64,000 nt of DNA from an uncultured Nitrospiraceae bacterium (lineage in GTDB: Bacteria > Nitrospirota > Thermodesulfovibrionia > Thermodesulfovibrionales > Dissulfurispiraceae): assembly GCA_963705105.1 (NCBI GenBank), contig CAVPIW010000011.1:24080-88079 (forward strand), given 5' to 3'. Below the pieces are notes generated by a model, which had not been told where the DNA came from, did not search any database, and worked only from the letters and a program-made list of their open reading frames with translations. A program made the position numbers and the translations under genes. Below are positions 8,559 through 19,172 of this stretch, piece by piece (position 1 is the stretch's first letter; every line of letters begins with the position of its first letter).

Positions 8559-9947
8559 CTACCGCTCCACCTCGCCCCCGACGACGATCTCCCGGATCCT
8601 CAGCGTCGGCATCGCATCGGAAACGGGTACTCCCTGCGAGTCCTTTCCGCAGGTCCCGATGGAAAACCCGAGGTCCGATCCGACCATATCGATGGACTGC
8701 AGGATCTCGGGGCCGTTCCCGATGAGTGTCGCGCCGCGGACCGGCTCTCCGGCCTCACCGTTTTCGATCAGGTATCCCTCCTGCACTTCAAAGACGAAAT
8801 CGCCCGACACGGTGTCAACCTGTCCTCCGCCCATCTTCCTGACAAGAAGCCCCCGGTCCGTCGACCTCATCACATCCCCGGGCGAGTCCTTGCCTGGTTC
8901 GATGAACGTGTTGGTCATCCGGGGGATCGGCTTGTGCGCGTACGACTCCCTCCTGCCGTTCCCTGTGGACCGGGTCCCGTCGACCATGGCCGTATACCGG
9001 TCATAGAGATATCCCGTCAATATGCCATCCCTGACAAGGACCGTCCTGCCCGCGGGAGTTCCCTCGTCGTCGCAGGCATAGGACCCCCTTTTGTTCGGCA
9101 AAGTGGCGTCATCGATGACCGTTATGACAGGGGATGCGACAGGTTTCCCCATCTTCCCCGAATAGATGGAGAGCCCCTGCTGTGCCAGGTCGGCCTCGAG
9201 TCCATGGCCGATCGCCTCGTGGATCATCGTGCCGCCTGCCTCGGATGAGATCACCACGGGCATCCTCCCGCCGGGAGCCCTCCGTGCTTTCAGCATCATG
9301 ACAGCCCTGGCAGCAGCCCTGTGGGCGACTTCATGGAACGGGAACTCCTCAAACAACTCAAAACCTGTATGCCCTCCCGCGGATTCATGGCCAGTCTGGA
9401 TGACGCCCCCGTCTATGGCGATGACATGGACAATCCCCGTCGTGTATGTCCGGTGATCCCCGACGATGGATCCCTCAGAGGTGGCGATTTTGACGTCCTG
9501 CACGGAGTCGCGGTACACCACCGACACCTGCCGGACAAGGCTGTCGAACGCACGGGCCCTCCTGTTGGCTTCCATCACAATGCCGATCTTGACAGGCACC
9601 GCCACATTATCGGGCGGCACCCTCACGGGGAATGACTTCACCGGCGTGCCGCCTGCCAGGTTGATGACCACATCCCTCTCAGCCTGGCGCGCCGCCTGGC
9701 TCACGGTACGCGCCAGATCGCCCAACACCGTCTCGTCAAAGTCGTTGCTGTATGCGTAGGCGGTCTTCCGCCCCCAGATCAGGCGAATGCCGACGCCGGC
9801 GCTCGATCCGGCGATCACCTTTTCGATCTTGTCATCCTCGACCTGTATTGAAAGTGTCTTCCTGCGTTCGATATACACGTCGGCGTATTCGCCGCCCCGG
9901 GAAAGGGCTTTCTTTAGAAGCTTCTGCAGGACCTTGTCATCGATCAT
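8559..9947 (-). CDS. tldD: TldD-family metalloprotease
   Basis: HEAIGHGLEAD, DDEG, GNGRRESY, PRMTNT and CGKDSQ motifs. Confidence 0.95.
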   Translation of the reverse strand: MIDDKVLQKLLKKALSRGGEYADVYIERRKTLSIQVEDDKIEKVIAGSSAGVGIRLIWGRKTAYAYSNDFDETVLGDLARTVSQAARQAERDVVINLAGGTPVKSFPVRVPPDNVAVPVKIGIVMEANRRARAFDSLVRQVSVVYRDSVQDVKIATSEGSIVGDHRTYTTGIVHVIAIDGGVIQTGHESAGGHTGFELFEEFPFHEVAHRAAARAVMMLKARRAPGGRMPVVISSEAGGTMIHEAIGHGLEADLAQQGLSIYSGKMGKPVASPVITVIDDATLPNKRGSYACDDEGTPAGRTVLVRDGILTGYLYDRYTAMVDGTRSTGNGRRESYAHKPIPRMTNTFIEPGKDSPGDVMRSTDRGLLVRKMGGGQVDTVSGDFVFEVQEGYLIENGEAGEPVRGATLIGNGPEILQSIDMVGSDLGFSIGTCGKDSQGVPVSDAMPTLRIREIVVGGEVER

Positions 9948-10019
9948 GTATCCTCCCACTTTTGTCCAAAATCGCTCTCAATGGATCATTTACTCCGGCA
10001 ATTGAATCCTTTTAACCCT

Positions 10020-10108
10020 GTCAGTGCCGCAACCCCGCACCTGATGCGGGGGCGTCGGCAATCCTTCTGAAAACAAGAAGGATTCCGGACAATCCGGAAT
10101 GACAAACC
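10020..10108. repeat. REP-like doublet (family C, copy 1)
   Basis: GATTCCGG-N4-CCGGAATGAC hairpin plus an inverted partner hairpin; homologous copies at 31431 and 42705. Confidence 0.8.
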
Positions 10109-10184
10109 TCAATACGTTTGATGTGTTTAATTGCCTGATTAATAGAAAAACGATACTATCCATATTACCATACCGGCCGGGCCG

Positions 10185-10365
10185 GTAAGACAGTCATAGG
10201 CAGGTAGACAGTAAACCCCGTAGTTGCATGGAAAGGCGGGCGGGAAGGCCGATGTGCTTTGAACCACATCTGACTTCCCGGCAAAACAGCATTCTAATCG
10301 GAACCGAACAGAAGACTGCCGACTTTTGCCTTGACTGACACAGACACTGACACGAACACTGACTA
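10185..10365 (+). repeat. Modular element E4 with a miniature module A (about 10242-10279)
   Basis: TAAACCCCGTAGTTGCATGGAAAGGCGGG, GGGAAGGCCGATGTG..CACATCTGACTTCCC, hexamer tract. Confidence 0.75.
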
Positions 10366-10382
10366 TAAGGTACAATATCTTT

Positions 10383-11168
10383 ATGACACTGGCAGTCATC
10401 GGCGGCAGCGGACTCCAGGACATCCCGGGCCTGCGCAGGAAGAAGGAGGTGCACATCACGACTCCCTTCGGGGAGCCGTCGGCGCCCTATACGATCTGCT
10501 CGCTCGGTGACAGAGACATCGTTTTTCTCTCACGCCATGGCAGGGAACACACGATCCCGCCGCACCGCATCAACTACCGCGCCAATCTCTGGGGCCTGAA
10601 ATCTCTCGGCGTCGAGCGCATCATCTCCATCAGTGCCGTCGGCTCTATGAACAGCTCCTTCAGGCCGGGAGCGATCGTCCTCCTTGACCAGGTGATCGAT
10701 TATACGGGGGGATCACGGCCGTCGACGTTTCATGACGAGGGAACGGTCATTCATATCGATCTCACCGATCCTTTTTGCGGTGAGATGAGGGGAGCGATCC
10801 TGGAGGCGGGACGCCGGTGCGGTGTGCCGGTCCATACCCCGGGCACATACATCTGCGTCAACGGTCCCCGGCTGGAAACGGCGGCGGAAATCCGTTTTTT
10901 TACTCAGATCGGCGCCGATGTGGTCGGGATGACGGCAATGCCTGAAGCCGCCCTGGCACGGGAAAGCGAGATCTGCATGTCCTTGCTGGGGGTGGTAACG
11001 AACGCCGCAGCCGGCATCTCTGAAAGGAAGCTGACGACGACAGAAGTCATTGAAACCATGGGACGATCTCTCGATGTGGTCCGCACGCTCCTCGTCGATT
11101 CCGCTGGTCTGATTCCCACTTTGCGAACGTGCCCCTGCAGGCACGCCCTCGCGGACGCCGGGATGTAA
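10383..11168 (+). CDS. mtnP: S-methyl-5'-thioadenosine/thioinosine phosphorylase
   Basis: IGGSG, TPFGEPS, RHG..H..PPHRINYRAN, GPRLET.AE and VGMT motifs. Confidence 0.92.
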   Translation: MTLAVIGGSGLQDIPGLRRKKEVHITTPFGEPSAPYTICSLGDRDIVFLSRHGREHTIPPHRINYRANLWGLKSLGVERIISISAVGSMNSSFRPGAIVLLDQVIDYTGGSRPSTFHDEGTVIHIDLTDPFCGEMRGAILEAGRRCGVPVHTPGTYICVNGPRLETAAEIRFFTQIGADVVGMTAMPEAALARESEICMSLLGVVTNAAAGISERKLTTTEVIETMGRSLDVVRTLLVDSAGLIPTLRTCPCRHALADAGM

Positions 11169-11170
11169 AT

Positions 11171-11330
11171 GGACAGTTGACAGCAGACAGTAGTCGGAAT
11201 AAGACCGTAAAAAGGCGGACGGGAAGGCTGAACATCGCATTGGAAAGGATTTGAACCATATCTGCATTCCCGGTAAAAGCGTCGCAATCGGCTACACATA
11301 GAGAAACTTCAACCTGCCTTTTCATGAAAC
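11171..11330 (+). repeat. Modular element E5 with internally deleted module A (11221-11271)
   Basis: GGGAAGGCTGA joined to CATCGCATTGGAAAGG..GAACCATATCTGCATTCCC; tail shared with 31711-31763. Confidence 0.8.
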
Positions 11331-11464
11331 GGCAGGTTGACAGAAAATAACTAATCATATTATTCTAAAACAATACGTTATTCATTCTACGCATACCCTG
11401 CACTACTCAGCGACAGCATCCAGGCATCTTATCCGGTCTACATGATGAGAGGGGGCCAACAACG

Positions 11465-12217
11465 ATGGCGGGACATTCCAAATGGGCTCAGATCAAGCAT
11501 AAGAAGGCACACACAGACGCAAAAAGGGGAAAGGCGTTCACGAAGGTCGTGAAGGAGATTTCCGTCGCCGCCCGCATCGGCGGCGGCGATGCCGATGGCA
11601 ATCCCCGCCTGAGGGCGGCAATCGAGAAGGCGAAAGAGGCGAACATGCCGTCCGAGAACATCAAGCGTGCGGTCATGAAAGGCACCGGCGAACTTCCCGG
11701 CACGACCTATGAGGAATCGGTCTATGAAGGGTACGGACCCGGCGGTGTCGCCCTCCTCATAGAGGTGCTCACGGACAACAAGAACCGCACCGTATCGGAG
11801 GTGAGGCACATCCTGTCGAAGCAGGGCGGGTCCCTCGGTGAGGCGGGCTGCGTGTCCTGGATGTTCGAAAAAAAAGGGTATATACTCGTCGAAAAAACGA
11901 AGGTCGATGAAGACACCCTCATCAGCGTCGCCCTCGACTCCGGCGCCGACGACATGAAAAACGATCCCAAAGAGGACAATTATGAGATCATCACGGCGCC
12001 TGAGAGCCTCGGGACCGTTCAGAAAGCCCTGCAAGAAGCCGGGATCCCCATTTCCCTCGCCGAGATAACGATGCTGCCGAAGAGTTACGTATCCCTGGAA
12101 GGACAGGCGGCGGACCAGATGCTCAGGCTCCTCGATGCCCTCGAAGACAACGAAGACGTGCAGAATGTCTACGCGAACTTCAACGTGCCCGATGAAGCGA
12201 TGGTGATGGGAGATTAA
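11465..12217 (+). CDS. yebC: YebC/PmpR family protein
   Basis: [22 protein letters not shown] and TDNKNRT motifs. Confidence 0.97.
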   Translation: MAGHSKWAQIKHKKAHTDAKRGKAFTKVVKEISVAARIGGGDADGNPRLRAAIEKAKEANMPSENIKRAVMKGTGELPGTTYEESVYEGYGPGGVALLIEVLTDNKNRTVSEVRHILSKQGGSLGEAGCVSWMFEKKGYILVEKTKVDEDTLISVALDSGADDMKNDPKEDNYEIITAPESLGTVQKALQEAGIPISLAEITMLPKSYVSLEGQAADQMLRLLDALEDNEDVQNVYANFNVPDEAMVMGD

Positions 12218-12285
12218 GGCAACGCGCCAGGGTCCGGGCAGCACATTGAAATAAGGGAGAATCAGCAAGTAAAATATAGGGGTAT

Positions 12286-12945
12286 ATGGTCGATTCGATC
12301 CGAACTACCATCAGGCGAAAATTTCTCACCGGTCTCATCATTACAATCCCAGGTGTTATCACATTATTCGTCATCCTCACCCTCTTCAAGTTCATCGACG
12401 GACTCCTCGGTCCTTTTATCGACCTCTTCCTCGGCAAGCATGTGGCCGGTCTGGGTTTTGTCGCCGTCATCGCCGTCATCTTCCTGACGGGCATCTTATC
12501 GACGAATGTCTTCGGTCAGCGCCTCGTCAGGATCGTCGAGACCCTCTTTCTGAGCATGCCCGTCGTCAAGAGCGTTTACACCGCCGTCAAACAGCTCCTC
12601 GATGCCTTCTCCCCGCACAACAAGAGCTCTTTCAGACGTTTCGTCATCGTCGAATACCCGAGGCCGGGCGCCTACGCCTTCGGGTTTCTGACGAAAGAGT
12701 GCGTCATCCATTCCTGCAGCGCCGAGATACCCCTGAAGGCCGTCTATGTGCCGACGAACAACCTCTATCTCGGTGAGGTCGTCCTTCTTGAAGATAAAAA
12801 CATTACCTATACGGACATCCCGATCGATGAGGGTATCCGCATCATCCTGTCCGGAGGCACCGCGGCTCCCCCGACGATCATGGAATCGATGCGCAGCGAT
12901 CCGGACCAGGCAAGCCGGGTGCTCTTCGATAAGGTAACAGGCTGA
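12286..12945 (+). CDS. DUF502 membrane protein
   Basis: Two TM helices, P.VKSVY..VKQ, VEYPR and VPT.N...G motifs. Confidence 0.85.
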   Translation: MVDSIRTTIRRKFLTGLIITIPGVITLFVILTLFKFIDGLLGPFIDLFLGKHVAGLGFVAVIAVIFLTGILSTNVFGQRLVRIVETLFLSMPVVKSVYTAVKQLLDAFSPHNKSSFRRFVIVEYPRPGAYAFGFLTKECVIHSCSAEIPLKAVYVPTNNLYLGEVVLLEDKNITYTDIPIDEGIRIILSGGTAAPPTIMESMRSDPDQASRVLFDKVTG

Positions 12946-12947
12946 AC

Positions 12948-14330
12948 ATGAATCTCTCAACGGTCATCCTTGCGGCAGGCCTCGGCACGAGAATGAAGTC
13001 GGCCACGCCCAAGGTGCTTCACCGGATTTACGGGAAACCCCTCGTGCGGTACGTCATGGATGCGCTCCTCCCGATGCGCCCCCGGAAGGCCGTCGTCGTC
13101 ATCGGGCCCGAAGGCGACGCAGTCAGGGAGGCCCTGCAGGAATGTGCCGTCGATTTCGCCCTTCAGCCCGTGCCGAAGGGCACCGGCGACGCCATGAAAG
13201 CCGCTGCGCAGGTGATCGGTCACTTTGACGGGACGGTCATCGTCGTGAGCGGCGACACACCTCTGATCAGGACATCGACGATAGAGCGGTTCCTGGACCT
13301 TCATCACGGGAACGGAGAAGACCTGTCCATCCTTTCATTCACAGCCACTGGGGACCATGCTTACGGCCGGATCGTCAGGAATAACGGAGCCGTCGCCGCC
13401 GTCGTCGAGGACAGGGACGCCCGCGGCACAATCAGGGAGATCCGGGAGGTCAACAGCGGCATCTATGCGATCGGGTCCCGCCTGCTCTCTCTCCTCGCGG
13501 ACATACCCCTGAATGAAGACAAGGGTGAATACTATCTCACCGATATCGTCGGCATCGCCGCCGGCAGGGGGCACAGGATAGGCGCCCATATGCTCGGTGA
13601 CGAACTGGAGCTGACAGGCATCAACACGAGGGCTGAGCTTCAGCGGGCCGGTCTTGCCCTCAGGGACAGGATCGTTGCGGAATGGATGGACCGGGGGGTC
13701 TCCTTCATCGACGCCTCGGCGGTCCACATCCATCCTGACGTGGTCATCGGGGCGGATACCTGCATTTACCCGAACGTGTTCCTCGAGGGGAAAACGGTCG
13801 TCGGCAGGGGCTGCATCATTTACCCGGGAGCGAGGGTCGTCGGCAGCAGGCTCGGAGACAATGTGACGATACTGGACTCGACACTTATCGAATCGTCGGA
13901 GGTCCTCGACGGCACCGTCATCGGCCCCTTTGCGCACCTCAGGCCCGGCTGTGTCATCGGCCCGTCGGCGAAGATCGGCAATTTCGTCGAGGTCAAGAAG
14001 TCTTCGATCGGGAGCAATACCAAGGCGTCTCATCTCAGCTACATCGGCGACGCCGAAATCGGCAGTAATGTCAATGTCGGAGCGGGGACCATCACCTGCA
14101 ATTACGACGGTGCGAAGAAGCACAGGACCGTCATCGAAGACGGCGCCTTTATCGGCAGCGACAGCCAGCTCGTCGCGCCGGTCCGCATCGGAAAGGGGGC
14201 CTACATCGGCTCGGGCACGACCGTCACGCGAGACGTCCCCGACGATGCCCTCGCCGTCAGCAGGGTGAAGCAGCGGAACTTCGAAGACTGGGCAACACGG
14301 AAACGGGGCGCCGGTCCCGGCAAGAAATAA
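12948..14330 (+). CDS. glmU: Bifunctional UDP-GlcNAc pyrophosphorylase / glucosamine-1-P acetyltransferase
   Basis: ILAAGLGTRMKS..PKVLH, EYYLTD, GNFVEVK and HLSYIGD motifs. Confidence 0.98.
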   Translation: MNLSTVILAAGLGTRMKSATPKVLHRIYGKPLVRYVMDALLPMRPRKAVVVIGPEGDAVREALQECAVDFALQPVPKGTGDAMKAAAQVIGHFDGTVIVVSGDTPLIRTSTIERFLDLHHGNGEDLSILSFTATGDHAYGRIVRNNGAVAAVVEDRDARGTIREIREVNSGIYAIGSRLLSLLADIPLNEDKGEYYLTDIVGIAAGRGHRIGAHMLGDELELTGINTRAELQRAGLALRDRIVAEWMDRGVSFIDASAVHIHPDVVIGADTCIYPNVFLEGKTVVGRGCIIYPGARVVGSRLGDNVTILDSTLIESSEVLDGTVIGPFAHLRPGCVIGPSAKIGNFVEVKKSSIGSNTKASHLSYIGDAEIGSNVNVGAGTITCNYDGAKKHRTVIEDGAFIGSDSQLVAPVRIGKGAYIGSGTTVTRDVPDDALAVSRVKQRNFEDWATRKRGAGPGKK

Positions 14331-14381
14331 AGAAAAGGAGGGCTGAGCGGCGGCCCCGCAGGGCCGGCGAGAGCAACTGCC

Positions 14382-16208
14382 ATGTGCGGAATTATCGGAT
14401 ATATCGGTAGCCGGAACGCCATCCCGATCGTGATGGACGGATTGAAGCGCCTCGAATACAGGGGGTATGACTCCGCGGGCATCGCCTATGTGGACGGTGA
14501 CAGGATCGACGTCAGGCGCTGCAAGGGAAAGATCCAGGCCCTCGACAACCTCATCGCCCCTCTGAATGTCTCGAGCACCGTCGCCATCGGGCACACCCGG
14601 TGGGCGACCCACGGAAAGCCGTCCGACGAGAACGCCCATCCCCACCGGTCCGGCCCGATCGTCGTCGTCCATAACGGGATTATCGAAAACTACGTCGAAC
14701 TGAAGCACAAACTCCAGAAGGAGGGCTTCACCTTCACGTCCGAGACGGATACAGAGGTGCTCTGTCACCTGATCCACAAGTATGCCGATTCGCAGCCCCT
14801 TGACGAGGCCGTCAGGACCGCCCTCAGGGAGGTGAAGGGCGCATACGCCTTCGCCGTGATCAACGAGAACGAACCCGACAAGATCATCGCCGTCAGGAAG
14901 GAGAGCCCCCTTGTCCTCGGGCTCGGTGACGGCGAGTTTTTCCTCGCCTCCGACGTCCCCGCCTTCCTCAGCCATTCCAAGGAGGTCATCTTCCTTGACA
15001 ACAATGAAATGGCGATCCTGCACAGTGACGGCATCATCATCACCGATTTCGATGGAAACCTCCTCCAGAAATCCGTTGTCACCATCTCGTGGAGCCCGTC
15101 GATGGCTGAAAAGGGGGGATACCGCCATTTCATGCTCAAGGAGATCTACGAGCAGCCCCGGTCGATCGCCGACACGATACGGGGACGGGTGTTCGCCGAG
15201 GCGGGAGATGTCGTCCTGGAAGAGTTCGGCCTCAACGCCGACACGATAAAAGCCGTCGAAAAGGTCTTCATCGTCGCCTGCGGCACATCCTATCACGCGG
15301 GGATGGTCGGGAAGTACATGATCGAGGAACTCGCCCGGATTCCCGTGGAGGTGGACATCGCCTCGGAGTTCCGGTACCGCGACCCGATTTTGAGCGACCG
15401 GGCCCTTTTCGTGGTCATAACACAATCCGGCGAGACCGCCGACACCCTCGCCGCCCTCAGGGAGGCGAAACGCCTCGGCGCCGGAGGTCTCAGCATCTGC
15501 AACGTCATCGGCAGCACCGCATCCCGCGAGTCGGACTTCGTCTTCTACACCCATTCGGGACCCGAAATCGGCGTTGCGTCGACGAAGGCCTTCACGGCCC
15601 AGATCGTGGCCCTCTACCTGCTGGCGATCTCCCTCGCCAAAGTGCGGGGGAATATTTCCGACACCAGGTCGTCGGAACTCATCGAAGACCTGCTGTCGCT
15701 CCCTGCAAAGGTGGAAGACGCTCTGGAGCGGGACGGCGAAATCCGCAAAATTGCGAAGGACCTCTTCAAGACAAGCGACTTTCTATACCTCGGCAGGGGT
15801 GTCCTGTATCCCATCGCCCTGGAGGGCGCCCTCAAGCTGAAGGAGATCTCGTACATCCACGCCGAGGGCTACCCTGCCGGCGAAATGAAACACGGCCCCA
15901 TCGCCCTGATCGACGAGGATCTGCCCGTTGTCGTTCTCCTGCCCTCGGGCAGGCTCCATGACAAGGTGCTGTCCAACATGGAGGAGGTCAAGAGCAGGGG
16001 CGGCACGATCATCACCATCTCTTCGAAAGAGACCGAGGCGATCAGGAAGCTTTCGAACTACACGGTCTGCATCGACGAGAGCAACAGCTATCTGAACGCC
16101 GTCCTGATGACGGTTCCGCTGCAGCTCCTTGCCTATCACATCGCCGTCCTGAGGGGATGCGATGTCGATCAGCCGAGAAACCTGGCAAAGAGCGTGACAG
16201 TGGAATAG
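14382..16208 (+). CDS. glmS: Glutamine--fructose-6-phosphate transaminase
   Basis: MCGIIG, GHTRWATHG, QSGETADT and DQPRNLAKSVTVE. Confidence 0.98.
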   Translation: MCGIIGYIGSRNAIPIVMDGLKRLEYRGYDSAGIAYVDGDRIDVRRCKGKIQALDNLIAPLNVSSTVAIGHTRWATHGKPSDENAHPHRSGPIVVVHNGIIENYVELKHKLQKEGFTFTSETDTEVLCHLIHKYADSQPLDEAVRTALREVKGAYAFAVINENEPDKIIAVRKESPLVLGLGDGEFFLASDVPAFLSHSKEVIFLDNNEMAILHSDGIIITDFDGNLLQKSVVTISWSPSMAEKGGYRHFMLKEIYEQPRSIADTIRGRVFAEAGDVVLEEFGLNADTIKAVEKVFIVACGTSYHAGMVGKYMIEELARIPVEVDIASEFRYRDPILSDRALFVVITQSGETADTLAALREAKRLGAGGLSICNVIGSTASRESDFVFYTHSGPEIGVASTKAFTAQIVALYLLAISLAKVRGNISDTRSSELIEDLLSLPAKVEDALERDGEIRKIAKDLFKTSDFLYLGRGVLYPIALEGALKLKEISYIHAEGYPAGEMKHGPIALIDEDLPVVVLLPSGRLHDKVLSNMEEVKSRGGTIITISSKETEAIRKLSNYTVCIDESNSYLNAVLMTVPLQLLAYHIAVLRGCDVDQPRNLAKSVTVE

Positions 16209-16286
16209 CCCGTTCGGTCTATCGGCGGGAGCATTAAGGCCCTTATCTTAAGTAAGGGTTTAGACTGTGAGAGTGAGGAGAGACGT

Positions 16287-18392
16287 ATGGCAAAGGAAGT
16301 CTTATTGGATGAGCTTAACACCCAGCAACGTGAGGCGATCCTCTATTCGAAGGGACCCCTCCTCGTCCTGGCTGGAGCAGGAAGCGGTAAGACAAGGGTC
16401 ATATCCCACAAGTTTGCCTATCTCGCGAAGAAGAAAAAATTCCATCCCTCATCAATCCTGACCGTCACTTCTTCCAACAGGGCCGCCTCCGAGATGAAGG
16501 AACGCATCTGCAAGCTCGCCGACTCAGACCTGAAGAACGCCTGGATAGGGACGTTCCATGCCCTGTGCAACAGAATCCTAAGGAAGGAGATCAAGGTCCT
16601 CGGATACCGTTCCGACTTCACCATTTACGATGAAGACGACCAGTGCTGCCTCGTCAGAAACATTCTGAGGGATTTCAATATGTACGAGGCATTGTACAAG
16701 GGCGTGGCTTCAAGGATCAGCCTCCTGAAGGCCGCGTGCATCTCGCCGGAGGAATTCCTCGCCCAAGGCGACGGGTTCAGTTTCGATGAAAAACTGGGAA
16801 GGATTTATTTCCGGTACCAGGACGAACTCAGGCGCTGCAACGCCCTCGACAATGACGACCTGACGATGCTGACGGCACGGTTGTTCACGGAGAACGCCAA
16901 GATCCTCCGCAAGTACTGCGACTCCTTTCCCTATCTCCTCATAGACGATTTCCAGGACATCAATCCTTCCCAGTACCGCCTCATTCAGCTCCTGACACAG
17001 CTCCATTCATGTATCTGCGCCGCCGGGGACGACAACCAGAGCATCCTCAAAAGCAAGGGCGCCGACATCAACAACATCCTGAATTTCGAGAGGGACTTTC
17101 ACCATGCCAAGGTCATCCACCTCGAACAGAACTACCGGTCCACGAAAAATATCCTGAACGCCTCGTCGTCGGTCATCGTCCGGAATGCGGAACGGAAGAC
17201 GAAAGACCTCTGGACGGACAAGCTCTGCGGTGACAAGGTGTTTTTCTGCCGCCTCGGGACCGAGGAGGAGGAGGCGAAATATGTGGCCCGGACGATCAAG
17301 GACCTCTACCTGCGAAACGATTACGATTACAGGAGCTTCGCGATCCTTTACCGTATCAATCTCCAGGCCCGGGCGCTCGAGGATGCCCTGTCGGAAGAGG
17401 GCATCCCCTATCACATGACAAGCTGCGTCAGTTTCTACCAGCGGCGGGAAATCAAGGACCTTCTTTCGTACATGAAAGTCGCCCTGAACAACAACGACAA
17501 CGTCAGCCTCCGCAGGATCATCAACTGCCCGCCGAGGGGTGTCGGCCCGTCGACGCTGACCAAAATCGAGCAGGAAGCGAAGAAGAACGATACAGGCCTC
17601 TTCCAGACCGCCAAGCTCATGCTCAAGACGAATGCCATCTCTCCGTCCCTCAAGGCAAAGCTCGGAGAACTCGTCGAGATCGTCGAGAAGCTCAAAGAGA
17701 CCTCGTACAGGACAGCGAGTGACATGCTCAAGGATATCATCGAGAAGACGGCCTATCTCGATGAAGTCGAGGACGACCGGCTGCAGAACATCCTGGAACT
17801 CGTCGCCTCGGCGGAAAACGTCTCCGTCAATGAATTCTCCGATCGCGTCTCTCTCTCCATGCCGACAGACGACCCGGCAAAGGGACACGCCGTCTCGCTC
17901 ATGCCCCTTCATTGCGCCAAGGGAGCCGAATTTCCCGTCGTGTTCATCACCGGGCTTGAAGAGGGCATCCTCCCCTATTTCAAGGCGGTCAGGGATGATA
18001 CGGACGTCCAGGAAGAGCGGAGGCTCTTCTACGTCGGGATGACGAGGGCAAGGGATGTCCTCTGCCTCACAAGCGTCAGGAAAAGAAAGCTCTATTCCAG
18101 GGTCCAGGAGCAAGAACTGTCGCAGTTCCTCTCCGATATCCCGAAAGAGTGCTGCAACTGGGTGGAACGTGTCTGCAGGCTTTCCGAGGGAAAGACAGAC
18201 ACAGTGAAGTCCCTCCCGAAAAAGCCCGCGTCATTCTATGTCGTGGGATGCCGGGTGAAACATCCTTCCTGGGGCATCGGCGTCGTTCGGGACTGCTGTG
18301 GTGAGGGCGACGACGTCAAGGTGACCGTCAACTTTCCGACCGTCGGCCTGAAGAGGCTCGCGACGCGTTTTGCGAACCTCGTGAAGGTGTAG
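16287..18392 (+). CDS. PcrA/UvrD-family helicase homologue with degenerate motifs
   Basis: AGAGSGKT, LEQNYRST, EERRLFYVGMTRA and a C-terminal VKHPSWGIG domain; Walker B reads IDDFQD. Confidence 0.9.
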   Translation: MAKEVLLDELNTQQREAILYSKGPLLVLAGAGSGKTRVISHKFAYLAKKKKFHPSSILTVTSSNRAASEMKERICKLADSDLKNAWIGTFHALCNRILRKEIKVLGYRSDFTIYDEDDQCCLVRNILRDFNMYEALYKGVASRISLLKAACISPEEFLAQGDGFSFDEKLGRIYFRYQDELRRCNALDNDDLTMLTARLFTENAKILRKYCDSFPYLLIDDFQDINPSQYRLIQLLTQLHSCICAAGDDNQSILKSKGADINNILNFERDFHHAKVIHLEQNYRSTKNILNASSSVIVRNAERKTKDLWTDKLCGDKVFFCRLGTEEEEAKYVARTIKDLYLRNDYDYRSFAILYRINLQARALEDALSEEGIPYHMTSCVSFYQRREIKDLLSYMKVALNNNDNVSLRRIINCPPRGVGPSTLTKIEQEAKKNDTGLFQTAKLMLKTNAISPSLKAKLGELVEIVEKLKETSYRTASDMLKDIIEKTAYLDEVEDDRLQNILELVASAENVSVNEFSDRVSLSMPTDDPAKGHAVSLMPLHCAKGAEFPVVFITGLEEGILPYFKAVRDDTDVQEERRLFYVGMTRARDVLCLTSVRKRKLYSRVQEQELSQFLSDIPKECCNWVERVCRLSEGKTDTVKSLPKKPASFYVVGCRVKHPSWGIGVVRDCCGEGDDVKVTVNFPTVGLKRLATRFANLVKV

Positions 18393-18394
18393 CG

Positions 18395-18682
18395 ATGAAG
18401 ATCACGAGGGAGGAGGTCTTTCATATCAGTCAGCTTTCGAGGCTTCAGCTCTCGGAAGGAGAGATCGACGCCTTCGAAGGCCAGTTAAACACGATCCTCG
18501 AATACGTCGGTCAGCTGAACGGCCTGGACACGGCGGGCGTCGAGCCTACATCCCATGTGCTGCCTCTCAGCAACGTCATGAGGGACGACGAGGTCAGTGC
18601 GTCCCTTCCCGTAGGGGAGGCGCTGAAAAACAGCCCCGACGCGACGGAGAGATTCTACAGGGTGCCGAAGATCATCGAGTGA
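18395..18682 (+). CDS. gatC: Asp/Glu-tRNA amidotransferase subunit C
   Basis: ITREEV.HI..L.RL, VEPTSH, MRDD and VPKIIE. Confidence 0.95.
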   Translation: MKITREEVFHISQLSRLQLSEGEIDAFEGQLNTILEYVGQLNGLDTAGVEPTSHVLPLSNVMRDDEVSASLPVGEALKNSPDATERFYRVPKIIE

Positions 18683-18782
18683 CGCAGACATCAACGCCGG
18701 ACGGCGGCGATATTTTTGATAATTTCTTCGAAATTGGTATAATATTGATCGACTGATTTCACCGGACAAGGAAGACCAATAC

Positions 18783-19136
18783 ATGTTCAGATGTTTCTTG
18801 AGATCGAAAATACACATGGCCACCGTCACGGAGTCTAACCTGAACTATGAGGGGAGCATCACCATCGATCAGGACCTCATGGACATGGTCGGGATGTTGC
18901 CTTTTGAGCAGGTCATGATCAGCAACATGAACAACGGTGAGCGCTTCGAAACATACGCAATACCCGGCAAGCGGGGCGCCCGCGAGTTCTGCCTCAACGG
19001 TCCCACGGCACGCAAAGGGGCTGTCGGCGACCGCATCATCATCTTCGCCTATTGCTATCTTTCAGACGAGGAAATGATGAAGGGATTCAAACCCAAGATC
19101 ATCAAAATGGGAAAGCACAACTCCCTGCCCAAGTAA
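18783..19136 (+). CDS. panD: Aspartate 1-decarboxylase
   Basis: SKIH.ATVT..NLNYEGSITID, NGERFETY and LNGPTAR. Confidence 0.96.
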   Translation: MFRCFLRSKIHMATVTESNLNYEGSITIDQDLMDMVGMLPFEQVMISNMNNGERFETYAIPGKRGAREFCLNGPTARKGAVGDRIIIFAYCYLSDEEMMKGFKPKIIKMGKHNSLPK

Positions 19137-19172
19137 GCCCCGGCAGTTCCCGCCTCCCGGTCCCTCCGGCAG

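Noticed and set aside
14331..14381. glmS ribozyme
   Set aside because: The glmU-glmS gap is only about 50 bp, too short for the ribozyme.
13335..15554. Long antisense ORFs (also 412-1050, 17007-18113, 32296-33705, 37098-38357 and others)
   Set aside because: They shadow well-supported genes on the opposite strand, which is expected in GC-rich DNA.
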